Source of the DNA: Thiotrichaceae bacterium
Lineage (GTDB): Bacteria > Pseudomonadota > Gammaproteobacteria > UBA5859
DNA length: 64,000 nucleotides
NCBI GenBank assembly: GCA_041940025.1
Contig: JBGTSY010000001.1
Span: 19,186 to 83,185 of the forward strand
Direction of reading: 5' to 3'
Shown here: one piece after another, positions 51,975 to 62,150 of the stretch
Position numbering within the stretch: position 1 is the stretch's first letter
How the letters are laid out: the number at the start of each line of letters is the position of its first letter
Notes under the pieces: model-generated
Databases searched by the model: none
Told to the model about the DNA's origin: nothing
Seen by the model: only the letters and a program-made list of their open reading frames with translations
Position numbers and translations under genes: made by a program

Positions 51975-52125
51975 TTGGGCACGCACTTTGAGTCGACTCG
52001 ACCGCTACTTACACGCCAAAGCGCAGAGTAACACCTCCCTCACTTGACAAGACGAATGTTGGAAAAAGTTTGTCTAATTTAGAAGACATTTTTCAATACT
52101 CAACTGACACCGACTACACACGCAA
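51975..52125 (+). pseudogene. Degenerate duplicate of the 3' end (~150 bp) of the tandem-glutaredoxin gene
   Basis: 51981-52110 aligns to 51176-51330 by eye (cgcactttgagtcgactcgac... / cacccactttgagtcaactcgac...; aatgttggaaaaagtttgtctaatttagaagacatttttcaatactcaactgacacc / aatattggaaaaggtttttctaatttagaagacatatttcagcacttaactgatacc). There is an internal indel and no ORF. Confidence 0.5.
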
Positions 52126-52577
52126 CAAACGAACGGGTATTGATAATTAATCAGTACATTTATATTTTAATTTCCAGATTACTCCGTGTAGGGCAAAGCA
52201 AAACCACTATATTGAGCTAGAGCGAAAGCGCTACATGGTGTGATTTAAGTGAACCATGTGTGACCTACTCGCATTAATAGTTTGGTCAATATTTCAGCAT
52301 GATCATGGGTGCTATCCAAATCGTATCGTGCTGATCTCACAATAGAACTTTTAAATCTGTCATAGCTGATTCGCAGTCTCCGACTTAGATACCCCCCACA
52401 ATTAAACTAACATTTTGCACCAATTTGTCAGTTAAATATTGAATCAGTAATATGACAAATTGAAAATGTACTAGTATATGATTTAAACTCATGCCAACAA
52501 TTGGTGCGTGCTAATTGGTACACGCTTATCGGCCGATAAGACCCTTCACGTTCGTGAGACCCAAACACCATTCAACC

Positions 52578-52889
52578 ATGCAGATATTCCGATACAGGCA
52601 ACACAATTCTCCAGGTGTCTTGATACCAAGTTTATTATGCTTGGCCTTTGTATTTGCCCAATGGAGTAGCTTTCATCACGAACTTGAACATCCCTATCAC
52701 GAGGAACAAACAAGCTGTGAAATTTTTGTTGCATTTGGCAATATCGGCTTTTCTCAACCAACTAGCACCCTGCCCTATCTTTTTGACGCCAAACATACTG
52801 CGCCGGACGTACCCTTATTAACCTTAACTGAACAACTCACCTACAGATCACACCGAATTCGCGCCCCACCCATATCCATCACCGTTTAA
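52578..52889 (+). CDS. Possible small secreted His/Cys-containing protein (speculative)
   Basis: Internal Met of track ORF 52515..52889. MQIFRYRQHNSPGVLIPSLLCLAFVFAQW looks like a signal peptide, followed by SSFHHELEHPYHEEQTSC. No SD verified. Lies in a long AT-rich leader. Confidence 0.3.
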   Translation: MQIFRYRQHNSPGVLIPSLLCLAFVFAQWSSFHHELEHPYHEEQTSCEIFVAFGNIGFSQPTSTLPYLFDAKHTAPDVPLLTLTEQLTYRSHRIRAPPISITV

Positions 52890-53061
52890 GATCAATCAAA
52901 CAGAGTTTCCGGTTCGATCGTTTCGATTTTTTGTTGCTCAAGAGTTATTGAACCTAGTTCTAGGTTGGATTGATACGTTTCTCTACAAAATACATTTTTA
53001 GAAATAGTTTAGTGAGTGCTCTCTATTAGTTGGAGCATTCACCCAATAATTAGGTGAGTTT

Positions 53062-54312
53062 ATGAAATTTCGATCATTTTTAGCGTTAACATTTTCTTTG
53101 TTCATAGTCTCTTCTCACATTAGTCTGGCAAACACCACCGTTAAGATTACTGATAATAATTTCAATCCGGCAATCAGTCTCATTTTGGACGGACGTTATA
53201 CCGATTTAGATCATGAAGAGTTAGAACTACCGGGATTTCAGTTGGGAGGTGAGGCGGGATTAGCAGAGCCGGGGTTTTCAACTGCTCATAACGAATTAGC
53301 GTTATCTGCCTACATTGATGATAAGTTTTACGGATCTGCGACTATTCCCATAATTTACACGAATGGCGAAACTGAAGTTGAACTGGAAGAGATCTATATT
53401 GAAACCTTAGGTCTAGGACATGGCTTGAGTCTTAAAGCCGGTAAATTTTACTCTTCCATAGGCTATTTAAATAGTCACCATGACCATGCCCACGATTTTA
53501 CTGATCGCCCCCTGGTGTACGACGCGTTTTTTGGCGGACACCTGGTGGACACCGGATTACTCGCGCAATGGCTAGCGCCCACTCCTTTTTATCTGAATTT
53601 AGGATTAGAAGTCACTCGTGGAAGCGAATTTCCTGGCGGTGAAAATAAAGATAACAATGAAGGTCGAACTCTATTCATCAAAACAGGTGGCGATCTGGGT
53701 AGCAGTGCAAGTTGGCAACTGGGTCTATCTTATTTTTCAACAGAATTTGACCAACGGGAAGCCGGCGCACATCACCACGGAGATGAAGAACACGAGGGCG
53801 CAGAAAACTTAACGAATGATGGTGAAGTAGAGATCAATGGAATCGATTTTATTTACAAATGGGCACCCAATGGCAATGCCAAGGAAAGTAATTTAAAAAT
53901 TCAAGGAGAATATTTTATACGCGATGAGCAAGGCCGTGCGGAATTTTCCGAAGAAGGCAATGCTGCACAAGCTCAGTATGATGGCGAACACACTGGATAT
54001 TATCTACAAGCTGTGTACCAATTGATGCGTCATTGGAGTGTGGGTATACGTTATGATTCACTATCTGCAGACAATGAAATCACTCAATACAACAGCGCAG
54101 CCATTGCACTCGATGAATTTCTAGAAGAAGCCAATTACGCCGAAGTTGAGGATGATCCTAGCCGATACACACTCATGCTCAGTTACGCACCTAGCCACTT
54201 CAGCCGTATCAGGCTGCAATATGGCAGCCTGGACAACGGGCTGGAAGAGAACGATATTGTCTCTCTGCAATACATCATGAGCTTGGGCTCCCACGGCGCT
54301 CATAGGTACTAA
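53062..54312 (+). CDS. His-rich putative outer-membrane beta-barrel protein (metal-uptake associated)
   Basis: 416 aa. Signal peptide ending SLA-NT. His-rich stretches NSHHDHAHDF and AGAHHHGDEEHEGAEN. C-terminal aromatic ...GAHRY. Immediately upstream of znuA/znuB-like genes. Confidence 0.6.
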   Translation: MKFRSFLALTFSLFIVSSHISLANTTVKITDNNFNPAISLILDGRYTDLDHEELELPGFQLGGEAGLAEPGFSTAHNELALSAYIDDKFYGSATIPIIYTNGETEVELEEIYIETLGLGHGLSLKAGKFYSSIGYLNSHHDHAHDFTDRPLVYDAFFGGHLVDTGLLAQWLAPTPFYLNLGLEVTRGSEFPGGENKDNNEGRTLFIKTGGDLGSSASWQLGLSYFSTEFDQREAGAHHHGDEEHEGAENLTNDGEVEINGIDFIYKWAPNGNAKESNLKIQGEYFIRDEQGRAEFSEEGNAAQAQYDGEHTGYYLQAVYQLMRHWSVGIRYDSLSADNEITQYNSAAIALDEFLEEANYAEVEDDPSRYTLMLSYAPSHFSRIRLQYGSLDNGLEENDIVSLQYIMSLGSHGAHRY

Positions 54313-54320
54313 CTCCGTCT

Positions 54321-55256
54321 ATGAGGAAACGACCCATGCGACTCAAAGACATCGTCAAAGTGATCCCCTTGCTGGTACTCTTGTCGGGTCCCACTGCGGC
54401 ATTTGGAAAAATAGAAGTGCTTGCCTGTGAACCAGAATGGCATGCATTGGTACAGCAAATTGCCGGTGATAGAGTCACCAGTTTTTCTGCGACAACAGCC
54501 TGGCAAGATCCTCACTATATAGAAGCCAAACCCTCACTGGTGGCCAAAGCCAGGCGGGCCGATCTGATTTTCTGTACTGGTGCGGATCTGGAAATTGGCT
54601 GGCTACCGTTGTTAATTCGGCAATCTGGCAACAGCAAAATCAAGCCCGGGCAACCGGGCTATCTATTGGCTGCCGATTGGGTGGAAAAAATAGATGTGCC
54701 CGACCAGATCGACCGTAGATTGGGAGACATTCATGGTGCGGGTAATCCCCATGTGCATCTGAATCCCAATAATTTACTTATTATTGCCGAAGAGTTAACC
54801 GCTCGCCTGATGCTGATTGATGCACAAAATAGCAACTTCTATACACAGCAACTGACAAGCTTCCAACACCAGTGGCAAAAGCAAATGGATCAGTGGCAAA
54901 AGATGGCTGAACCCTTGAGAGGTAAAAAGGTGGTTGTGCATCACCGAAGCTTAGATTATCTGTTCCAGTGGCTCGGCATGACCACGGTTGCCGATTTGGA
55001 ACCAAAACCCGGCCTGCCGCCGACGAGTGGTCACCTGGCATCGCTGTTGACAGTCGTTCAACAAGAAAAACCGCACTTCATTGTCATCGCCGCGTACCAG
55101 AATCATAAAGGTGCCCGTTGGCTTGCGAAACGAACCCATCTACCCATCGTCACTTTGCCTTTCACCGTTGGCGGCGATGCCAAAAGTGATACTTTATTCA
55201 GCCTCTTTCCACGTTCAATCAATTTACTATTAAGCGCGGGCAAAAAAGATGGATGA
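54321..55256 (+). CDS. Metal (Zn/Mn) ABC transporter substrate-binding protein, TroA/ZnuA family
   Basis: 311 aa. Signal peptide. Metal-ligand regions (EPEWH, GDIHGAGNPHVHLNP, VVVHHRSLDY). Confidence 0.8.
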   Translation: MRKRPMRLKDIVKVIPLLVLLSGPTAAFGKIEVLACEPEWHALVQQIAGDRVTSFSATTAWQDPHYIEAKPSLVAKARRADLIFCTGADLEIGWLPLLIRQSGNSKIKPGQPGYLLAADWVEKIDVPDQIDRRLGDIHGAGNPHVHLNPNNLLIIAEELTARLMLIDAQNSNFYTQQLTSFQHQWQKQMDQWQKMAEPLRGKKVVVHHRSLDYLFQWLGMTTVADLEPKPGLPPTSGHLASLLTVVQQEKPHFIVIAAYQNHKGARWLAKRTHLPIVTLPFTVGGDAKSDTLFSLFPRSINLLLSAGKKDG

Positions 55257-56052
55257 ATTTTTGATTCAATTGTCTATCTTAGGCCCGGCGTTATTGGCGG
55301 GTATCGTGGTATTGGCTACTCATGTGATTTTGGGTCAAGAAGTGCTTCGCCGGGGCATAATATTTCTGGATTTAGCCATCGCCCAGGTAGCCGCTTTCGG
55401 TCTGATATTAGCTGGCGCATTAGGCTTGGATATGCAGCACTCGAACAGCCACACATTGCTACCGCAGATGGTTGCCTTTGCCGCCGCTATTGGCGGTGCA
55501 AGCGTTTTATACCTGTTTAGAACCTATGCCGCACAACTGCAAGAGGCGCTTATCGGTACGCTTTTTATCTTGGCAGCAACCGGCAGCGCACTATTATTAT
55601 CCAAGGATCCCCATGGTGGCGAACGCTTAAATGAAATCCTAAACGGTCAAATATTGTGGGTTGAGTATTCGTCATTAACTGGCGCAGCGATTATTTCCGC
55701 AGCCGTATTGATACTCTGGCTGGCCGGGCGTAATCAATTAGGCAACTACCTATTCTATCCCTTGTTCGCTATCGCTATTACCCTGTCTACTCAACTGGTG
55801 GGCGTCTACTTAGTATTTGCCAGCCTGATCATTCCGGCCATCGCCAGTCAAAATCGCTGCAAACCATTATTGACCGCTTATTCTGTAGGGGTACTGGGTT
55901 ATCTCTGTGGACTGGTATTATCGACGTTACTGGATTTTCCCTCCGGCCCCATGATTGCCTGGAGTCTAGCGGGCGTGGCGTTGTTAATTTATCTGATTTC
56001 TCCGAAAAATTGTCAAAATGAGGTTGGCAGCCAATCGCCTCCCATCAGTTGA
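55249..56052 (+). CDS. Metal ABC transporter permease (ABC-3/ZnuB family)
   Basis: 267 aa, about 8 TM helices. Overlaps the upstream SBP gene by 8 bp. Confidence 0.8.
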   Translation: MDEFLIQLSILGPALLAGIVVLATHVILGQEVLRRGIIFLDLAIAQVAAFGLILAGALGLDMQHSNSHTLLPQMVAFAAAIGGASVLYLFRTYAAQLQEALIGTLFILAATGSALLLSKDPHGGERLNEILNGQILWVEYSSLTGAAIISAAVLILWLAGRNQLGNYLFYPLFAIAITLSTQLVGVYLVFASLIIPAIASQNRCKPLLTAYSVGVLGYLCGLVLSTLLDFPSGPMIAWSLAGVALLIYLISPKNCQNEVGSQSPPIS

Positions 56053-56314
56053 TAGGTGTCACATGGATAACAACTTGCCTGTCCATTCTACAATCGAGCC
56101 CTGCTGGACGGCGTCTACGCCTGAACCAATATACAAATCCCACTAAACCATGACTTAAGTCAAAGTCTGCTGCATTGAATTTCGTCACCGCTTGGCGCAA
56201 CTGAATGGTCTTCGATATAGTACGATTTAGAGGCATACCCTTTCTATTGACAACCCGTTGCATTGATTTAGACTGAGTCTTAATCAATCATTCCAGCTTA
56301 CAGGAGTCACAAAA

Positions 56315-56731
56315 ATGGATCTTAAAGGAAGCAAAACAGAACAAAACCTCAAAGACGCTTTCGCTGGTGAATCTCAAGCAAACAGACGATACCTATACTT
56401 TGCGGCAAAAGCTGATGTGGAAGGCTATAACGACGTGTCTGCGGTATTTCGTTCAACAGCCGAAGGGGAAACTGGACATGCCCACGGACATTTAGAATAT
56501 CTGGAAGCAGTGGGCGATCCGGCCACTGGTTTACCCATTGGTGAAACCGCGAATAATTTAAAGGCAGCCATTGCAGGTGAAACCCATGAATATACGGATA
56601 TGTATCCGGGTATGGCTAAATCTGCTCGTGATGAAGGATTTGACGAAATCGCCGACTGGTTCGAAACTTTAGCAAAAGCCGAGCGATCACACGCCAATCG
56701 ATTCCAAAAAGCTTTGGATTCTCTCGACTAA
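56315..56731 (+). CDS. Rubrerythrin-family di-iron protein (ferritin-like domain only, no rubredoxin domain)
   Basis: 138 aa. Two E...E..H motifs (GESQANRRY; [11 protein letters not shown]; AGETHEY; AERSHANRF). Confidence 0.8.
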   Translation: MDLKGSKTEQNLKDAFAGESQANRRYLYFAAKADVEGYNDVSAVFRSTAEGETGHAHGHLEYLEAVGDPATGLPIGETANNLKAAIAGETHEYTDMYPGMAKSARDEGFDEIADWFETLAKAERSHANRFQKALDSLD

Positions 56732-56813
56732 TTTTTAAGAATCGCGCTCGTTCCTGGGCTGAAGACGATTTTCTTCAGCCCAAACATGATGCAGTTCAAA
56801 ATAAAATAATGAT

Positions 56814-58211
56814 ATGGATCAGAATAACCAAAGCCCCCGCGAAGGCAGTTTGGACGCACCCACTCGACATCCCATAGATTGGCAAAATCCCCAATATTTT
56901 GACGAGCAAGATTTATTTGCAGAGCTAGAGCGCGTGTTCGACATTTGTCATGGTTGCCGCAGATGTTTCAATCTATGCCACTCGTTTCCGCTGTTATTTG
57001 ACGCCATAGATGAGTCAGACTCCGGTGAGCTGGATGGCGTCGACAAATCGGTATATTGGCAGGTAGCCGAACATTGTTATCTGTGTGACATGTGTTTTAT
57101 GAGTAAATGTCCCTATGTGCCTCCCCATGAATGGAACATAGACTTCCCTCATTTAATGTTGCGTACCAAGGCCGTGCGTTTTCAGCAAGGCAAAACAAAA
57201 TTTCGAGACACATTTCTCACTTCCACCGACAACAACGGTAAGAATCTCGCTATCCCGCTGGTGGCGCAAACAGTCAATCATGTGAATCAACAAAAGTTAG
57301 CCAGACAATTGTTGGAAAAAACCATAGGCATTCACCATCAAGCGCCCGTGCCCCCTTACCAGAGCAAACCCTTACGCAAGCGATTGAAAAAGGAGATTTT
57401 GCATTCTCCCGTAGACGCAGAGATATTATCCGCTGAAGAAAAAGAGGCCAGCCCCATTGAGCCCCCCGACGGGGTACGCCCAATTCTCGGGCGGGTTGTG
57501 CTCTTTACTACCTGTTATGGCAACTACAACGAACCCCAGTTTGGAGAAGACTTGGTAGCAGTCTTCAAACACAATGGTATTCTATTGCATCTGCCACAAC
57601 ACGAAGTCTGTTGCGGTATGCCTAAAATGGAGCTGGGTGATCTGCAGTCTGTGCATAAACTGAAAAATCAAAATGTCCCTGAATTGGTAGCTTGGATCCG
57701 AGAGGGATGGGACGTGATCACGCCAGTCCCCTCCTGCACACTGATGTTTAAACAGGAACTACCCTTATTATATAAGGGCGATTGGGAGGTGGAGACTCTG
57801 GCCAGACACGCCTTTGATCCCTTTGAATATTTGGCCCTATGGCACAAAAAGGGGCAACTGAACACCGAGTTCAAACATCCTTTGGGTAAAATCGCCTATC
57901 ATGTGCCTTGCCATTTACGCGTTCAAAACATTGGCTTGAAAACCAAAGAGGTGTTGTCCTTAGTACCAAATACCGAAGTGCAAGCCATTGAGCGCTGTTC
58001 CGGCCACAATGGCACCTATGCGGTCAAAAAAGAGACTCACGAACTTTCTGTGAAAATTGGTAAACCTGTCGCCAATCGCATTCAGAAAGTGGAAGCGGAT
58101 CACTATGGTAGCGACTGTCCGATGGCGGGCCGCCAATTGCAACATATCCTGCAAGCTGACACGCCGGCGGAGCATCCTATGAGCTTGTTACGACTCGCCT
58201 ACGGGATATAA
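56814..58211 (+). CDS. HdrD/GlpC-like Fe-S oxidoreductase: 4Fe-4S dicluster domain + two CCG domains
   Basis: 465 aa. CHGCRRCFNLC and CYLCDMCFMSKCP cluster motifs. CCG motifs VCCGMP and VPCH...C. Confidence 0.75.
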   Translation: MDQNNQSPREGSLDAPTRHPIDWQNPQYFDEQDLFAELERVFDICHGCRRCFNLCHSFPLLFDAIDESDSGELDGVDKSVYWQVAEHCYLCDMCFMSKCPYVPPHEWNIDFPHLMLRTKAVRFQQGKTKFRDTFLTSTDNNGKNLAIPLVAQTVNHVNQQKLARQLLEKTIGIHHQAPVPPYQSKPLRKRLKKEILHSPVDAEILSAEEKEASPIEPPDGVRPILGRVVLFTTCYGNYNEPQFGEDLVAVFKHNGILLHLPQHEVCCGMPKMELGDLQSVHKLKNQNVPELVAWIREGWDVITPVPSCTLMFKQELPLLYKGDWEVETLARHAFDPFEYLALWHKKGQLNTEFKHPLGKIAYHVPCHLRVQNIGLKTKEVLSLVPNTEVQAIERCSGHNGTYAVKKETHELSVKIGKPVANRIQKVEADHYGSDCPMAGRQLQHILQADTPAEHPMSLLRLAYGI

Positions 58212-58219
58212 TCTCAATT

Positions 58220-58807
58220 ATGGATCCACTAACTAAGTCCGATCTGTTTACTCTGGAACGCTATGCTGAGGTTCGACCTGAATTTCGGCAAAAAGTCCTG
58301 GCCCATAAAAAGCAACGTCATGTGGCCATTGGCAATCATCTGTCACTCTATTTTGAAGATCGCCTCACCATTCAATATCAAATACAAGAGATGTTACGAA
58401 CAGAGCGGATTTTTGAGGTCGCCGCCATTCAGGAAGAGCTAGATGCCTATAATCCATTGATTCCCGATGGACAAAACTTAAAAGCCACAATGATGTTGGA
58501 ATACAGTGATGTGGAGGACCGCAAAGCGGCACTGGAGAAACTCATTGGCGTGGAAGATAAGATTTGGTTACAGCTCGGCAATCATGAAAAAATTTACGCC
58601 ATCGCCGATGAAGATCTAGAACGAGAAAACGAACAAAAAACCTCAGCCGTACATTTCTTAAGATTCCAATTGGATGATGAATCCTATCACGCATTCAAAA
58701 ATCATGAGGCACTTGTATTTGGTTGTGACCATGAACAGATGTTTGAACACGCCCCCATAGAGTCAGAAGCCACTTACCAGTCCTTACTTGCTGATTTGGC
58801 GCCATAA
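58220..58807 (+). CDS. Conserved hypothetical protein (DUF3501-like by recollection)
   Basis: 195 aa acidic soluble protein. 8 bp after the CCG oxidoreductase. Family assignment is from memory of this protein and gene-neighbourhood type, not from a search. Confidence 0.5.
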   Translation: MDPLTKSDLFTLERYAEVRPEFRQKVLAHKKQRHVAIGNHLSLYFEDRLTIQYQIQEMLRTERIFEVAAIQEELDAYNPLIPDGQNLKATMMLEYSDVEDRKAALEKLIGVEDKIWLQLGNHEKIYAIADEDLERENEQKTSAVHFLRFQLDDESYHAFKNHEALVFGCDHEQMFEHAPIESEATYQSLLADLAP

Positions 58808-58883
58808 CCTCGTTACAATCGTCATCAGATAAGCTACATTGACAGCACATACCCTACATTCGGTAGCATGATAAGGAATTTAT

Positions 58884-61061
58884 ATGCGCTTGTTACGTCT
58901 CGCCGCTGGATTGGTCCTAGGATTTTTACTACTCACCCTCGTTGCAGTAGTCGCGATTTTTGTATTTGTCGATCCCAATGATTTTAAACCTGTTATCAGT
59001 GAGCAGGTCAAGCAGCAAACTGGACGGGATCTCACTTTTAAAGGCGACATCAGTCTCACACTGTTTCCACGTCTCGCCCTGGAACTCGGCGAATTAGAAC
59101 TGAGTAATGCCCCTGGATTTGATCAAACCACCTTCGCACAAGTGAAACAAGTATCAGTAGGCGTACAGTTAATCCCTTTACTGCGACAAGAATTGGATAT
59201 TGGCCGCATTCGACTAGATGGATTAGAACTCAACTTAGCGCGCCGCTCCTCTGGTGAAACCAACTGGGACGATCTGCTGCCTGAAACAAACACCACAGCC
59301 GATCCGTCTCAGAGTCCTTCTCCAACCCCGACTACCACCGATCCCATGACTACCAGCTTGGCTGGGTTTTCCCTGGCAGGAATTGAGATCACAAACGCAC
59401 GTTTTCTTTGGCAGGATGGAGACAACCGCTACCTGGTCGATCCTTTTGATCTGAAAACGGGGCGCATTCAGTTTAGTGAGGCGATCCCAATTGAACTATC
59501 CTTAAAGACAACACTCAGTGACCCAGAACTGACTACAGATTTAAAACTCAATTCAGAACTCACTGTTGAAGCCAACTTAGAAAAGTTTCATCTCAACGCT
59601 GTCACTCTCAAATTAATTAACCAAGGTGATCTCTTTCCTACCCAGGAAATGACCTTAGAACTCTCTAGCCAAATTCACATCGACTTGCAACAGGATCAGT
59701 TGTCGGTACCAAAACTAAAATTGACTAGTTACGGACTCACACTCAACGGCCACGCTGAGATCTCACAATTAACTGAGACGCCCCACTATGAGGTCACAGC
59801 AGAGATAGAGAGTTTTAACCCGCGGGAACTATTACACACACTAAAACTTGGATCTGAAATCCCAGTAAGCGAACCTCATCTCACTCAAGCACAAATGAGT
59901 GTGGTCGCCAGTGGAAGCACTGATTTCGTGACCATCACTCAACTCACTGCACAACTGGATCAAAGCAGTCTGATTGCTAACGCCCAGGTGAAAAATTTCT
60001 CTCAGCCCGCAGTAGAATTTGAGATTGATATTAACGAATTGGATCTCGATCCCTATTTAGTCAGCAATCAATCTGTTGAAGAGAGTTCCCCGCATCCCGC
60101 CGAACCGTCATCGACGGCTTCAGAAGAGATACTGCCTGTAGAGTTATTGCGAAATCTCAATATTGAGGGTGCTTTGAAGATTGGCAAACTGAAGGTGATG
60201 AATCTTACCACCCATAATTTGGTTGCCAATCTGGATGCGCACACAGGCAGAGTCGCGTTGTCGCCGTTGCGCTTTGACCTCTATTCTGGCCACTTTAATG
60301 CGCACTCGGTCGTTAATGTGCAAGGTAAACAACCTCGCATCTTACTCAATCAAAAATTAACCGGGATCCAATTTCAACCCTTGCTACAGGATCTATTGCA
60401 AAGTGAGTCCCCGGTGAGTGGCCGTGGAGAGATCAATATGGATGTCTCCACCACTGGCAATCAACTGAATGACTGGATCCAACGCTTAACCGGGAAGGGT
60501 GCTATTTCGATTCAAGATGGCGCACTAACCAATATCAATATTGCACATATGATTCGGCAAGCCGAAGCCGTGTTAAGCAAACAACCTCCCCCCAAAGATA
60601 GTGACTACCAACATACAGACTTCACCGCACTGAAAGGTCAGTTTGAATTTCAACAAGGACGGGCCGTCAACCCGAACCTCAGTATGGAGATGCCCTTAGC
60701 CAGAGTGAATGGACAGGGTTATCTAGATTTAACAGATTACTATTTAAACTACCAAGTGAATGCTCACCTGGCCGGAACTTCTACCGGACAAGATGGAAAA
60801 TCATTAAATGAAGTACGGGATATTCCAATTCCGATTACCATTGAAGGCCCCATTCAGGCTCTCAAGTATAAATTGGATACAGATAAGCTCCTTGGCCAAA
60901 AATTGGAACAGGAAAAAGCAAAACTGAAACAAAAAGCCGAAGAGGAAAAAGCGAAAGCCAAAGCAAAAGTCGATAAACAGATTGACGAAAAAAAAGAAGA
61001 GATCGGCAAAGAAGCAGAGAAGAAACTTAAAAAACAATTAGACAAGCTGCTGAATTTTTAA
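58884..61061 (+). CDS. asmA: AsmA-family outer-membrane assembly protein
   Basis: 725 aa. N-terminal TM anchor LLRLAAGLVLGFLLLTLVAVVAIFVFV. Long periplasmic beta-rich region. Lys/Glu-rich C-terminal tail. Confidence 0.8.
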   Translation: MRLLRLAAGLVLGFLLLTLVAVVAIFVFVDPNDFKPVISEQVKQQTGRDLTFKGDISLTLFPRLALELGELELSNAPGFDQTTFAQVKQVSVGVQLIPLLRQELDIGRIRLDGLELNLARRSSGETNWDDLLPETNTTADPSQSPSPTPTTTDPMTTSLAGFSLAGIEITNARFLWQDGDNRYLVDPFDLKTGRIQFSEAIPIELSLKTTLSDPELTTDLKLNSELTVEANLEKFHLNAVTLKLINQGDLFPTQEMTLELSSQIHIDLQQDQLSVPKLKLTSYGLTLNGHAEISQLTETPHYEVTAEIESFNPRELLHTLKLGSEIPVSEPHLTQAQMSVVASGSTDFVTITQLTAQLDQSSLIANAQVKNFSQPAVEFEIDINELDLDPYLVSNQSVEESSPHPAEPSSTASEEILPVELLRNLNIEGALKIGKLKVMNLTTHNLVANLDAHTGRVALSPLRFDLYSGHFNAHSVVNVQGKQPRILLNQKLTGIQFQPLLQDLLQSESPVSGRGEINMDVSTTGNQLNDWIQRLTGKGAISIQDGALTNINIAHMIRQAEAVLSKQPPPKDSDYQHTDFTALKGQFEFQQGRAVNPNLSMEMPLARVNGQGYLDLTDYYLNYQVNAHLAGTSTGQDGKSLNEVRDIPIPITIEGPIQALKYKLDTDKLLGQKLEQEKAKLKQKAEEEKAKAKAKVDKQIDEKKEEIGKEAEKKLKKQLDKLLNF

Positions 61062-62149
61062 TGATGTCCGTTTGCCTACCAGATCTCGAACGAGTTCGAG
61101 TCATGCAAGCGTCCATACTCAATTGGTATCGCCACCATGGACGCCATAACTTACCTTGGCAACACCCCCGTACTCCCTATCGGGTGTGGATATCGGAAAT
61201 CATGTTACAACAAACCCAGGTGCAGACTGTGCTACCCTACTTTGATACTTTTATGCACCGTTTCCCCACGATAGAGAGTTTAGCTGCAGCAAACTTAGAT
61301 GAAATATTATCTCTCTGGAGTGGATTAGGTTATTATGCGCGCGCACGTCACTTACACCGCGCTGCCAAAGAAATTGTCGAACGCTTCCATGGAGAGTTAC
61401 CCAAACAAATTGACTTGTTAATGTCGTTACCCGGTATCGGTCGCAACACCGCTGCCGCAATTGTCGCCCAAGCATGGGATCTACCCGAAGCCATTTTAGA
61501 TGGCAATGTGAAACGGGTTTTATGCCGCCTTCATCGTGTGGCTGGGCCACCAAACCACAAACAGGTGGAATCCACGCTTTGGCATTTGGCAGAAACCTAT
61601 ACACCTGAACTAGAGGTGGCAGCCTACACCCAGGCCATCATGGATTTTGGTGCGACTCTTTGTCGACGCATGCAACCGAGATGTGCACAGTGCCCACTAC
61701 AATCTCAATGTGAAGCTTATCAAATGAATCAAACAGCACTATTTCCTAATAAAATGCAACGCAATGCCCGCAGTCGTCAGTTCGCCAGTTTTCTCATGGT
61801 GCAAGATAGAGACAATAGAATTTGGCTTGAACGGCGAACCGGATCCGGGATCTGGGGTGGACTCTTTTGTTTCCCAGAATGGGATATTTGTGAAAGCATT
61901 AATGACTGGACTTTAGCCCAATTTGGCGCCAGAGTAGCCACCTTGGAACATTGGCCACAACGGCTACATCGTTTCACCCACTTTGATTTAGCCTATGATC
62001 CGGTGAAAGTGACGTTGGATCAGACAGAATTGGCAGCCGAATTGCTGCCGCACGCTTCCGGGCAATGGATGGCTCCTGAGATGAACACCCTTCCTGGGGG
62101 CGTGGCCACACCTATCAGGCAATTGATTGAAGAACTGATCGAGGCATGA
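61061..62149 (+). CDS. mutY: A/G-specific adenine DNA glycosylase
   Basis: 362 aa. HhH-GPD motif LPGIGRNTAAAI. 4Fe-4S Cys ligands C.......C..C.....C. C-terminal MutT-like domain. Followed by yggX as in E. coli. Confidence 0.9.
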   Translation: MMSVCLPDLERVRVMQASILNWYRHHGRHNLPWQHPRTPYRVWISEIMLQQTQVQTVLPYFDTFMHRFPTIESLAAANLDEILSLWSGLGYYARARHLHRAAKEIVERFHGELPKQIDLLMSLPGIGRNTAAAIVAQAWDLPEAILDGNVKRVLCRLHRVAGPPNHKQVESTLWHLAETYTPELEVAAYTQAIMDFGATLCRRMQPRCAQCPLQSQCEAYQMNQTALFPNKMQRNARSRQFASFLMVQDRDNRIWLERRTGSGIWGGLFCFPEWDICESINDWTLAQFGARVATLEHWPQRLHRFTHFDLAYDPVKVTLDQTELAAELLPHASGQWMAPEMNTLPGGVATPIRQLIEELIEA

Positions 62150-62150
62150 A

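Noticed and set aside
60804-61045. Two minus-strand ORFs (77 and 63 aa) rich in F/L/C
   Set aside because: They are antisense artefacts of the Lys/Glu-rich low-complexity C-terminal tail of asmA on the plus strand (AAA/GAA repeats read as TTT/TTC on the opposite strand).
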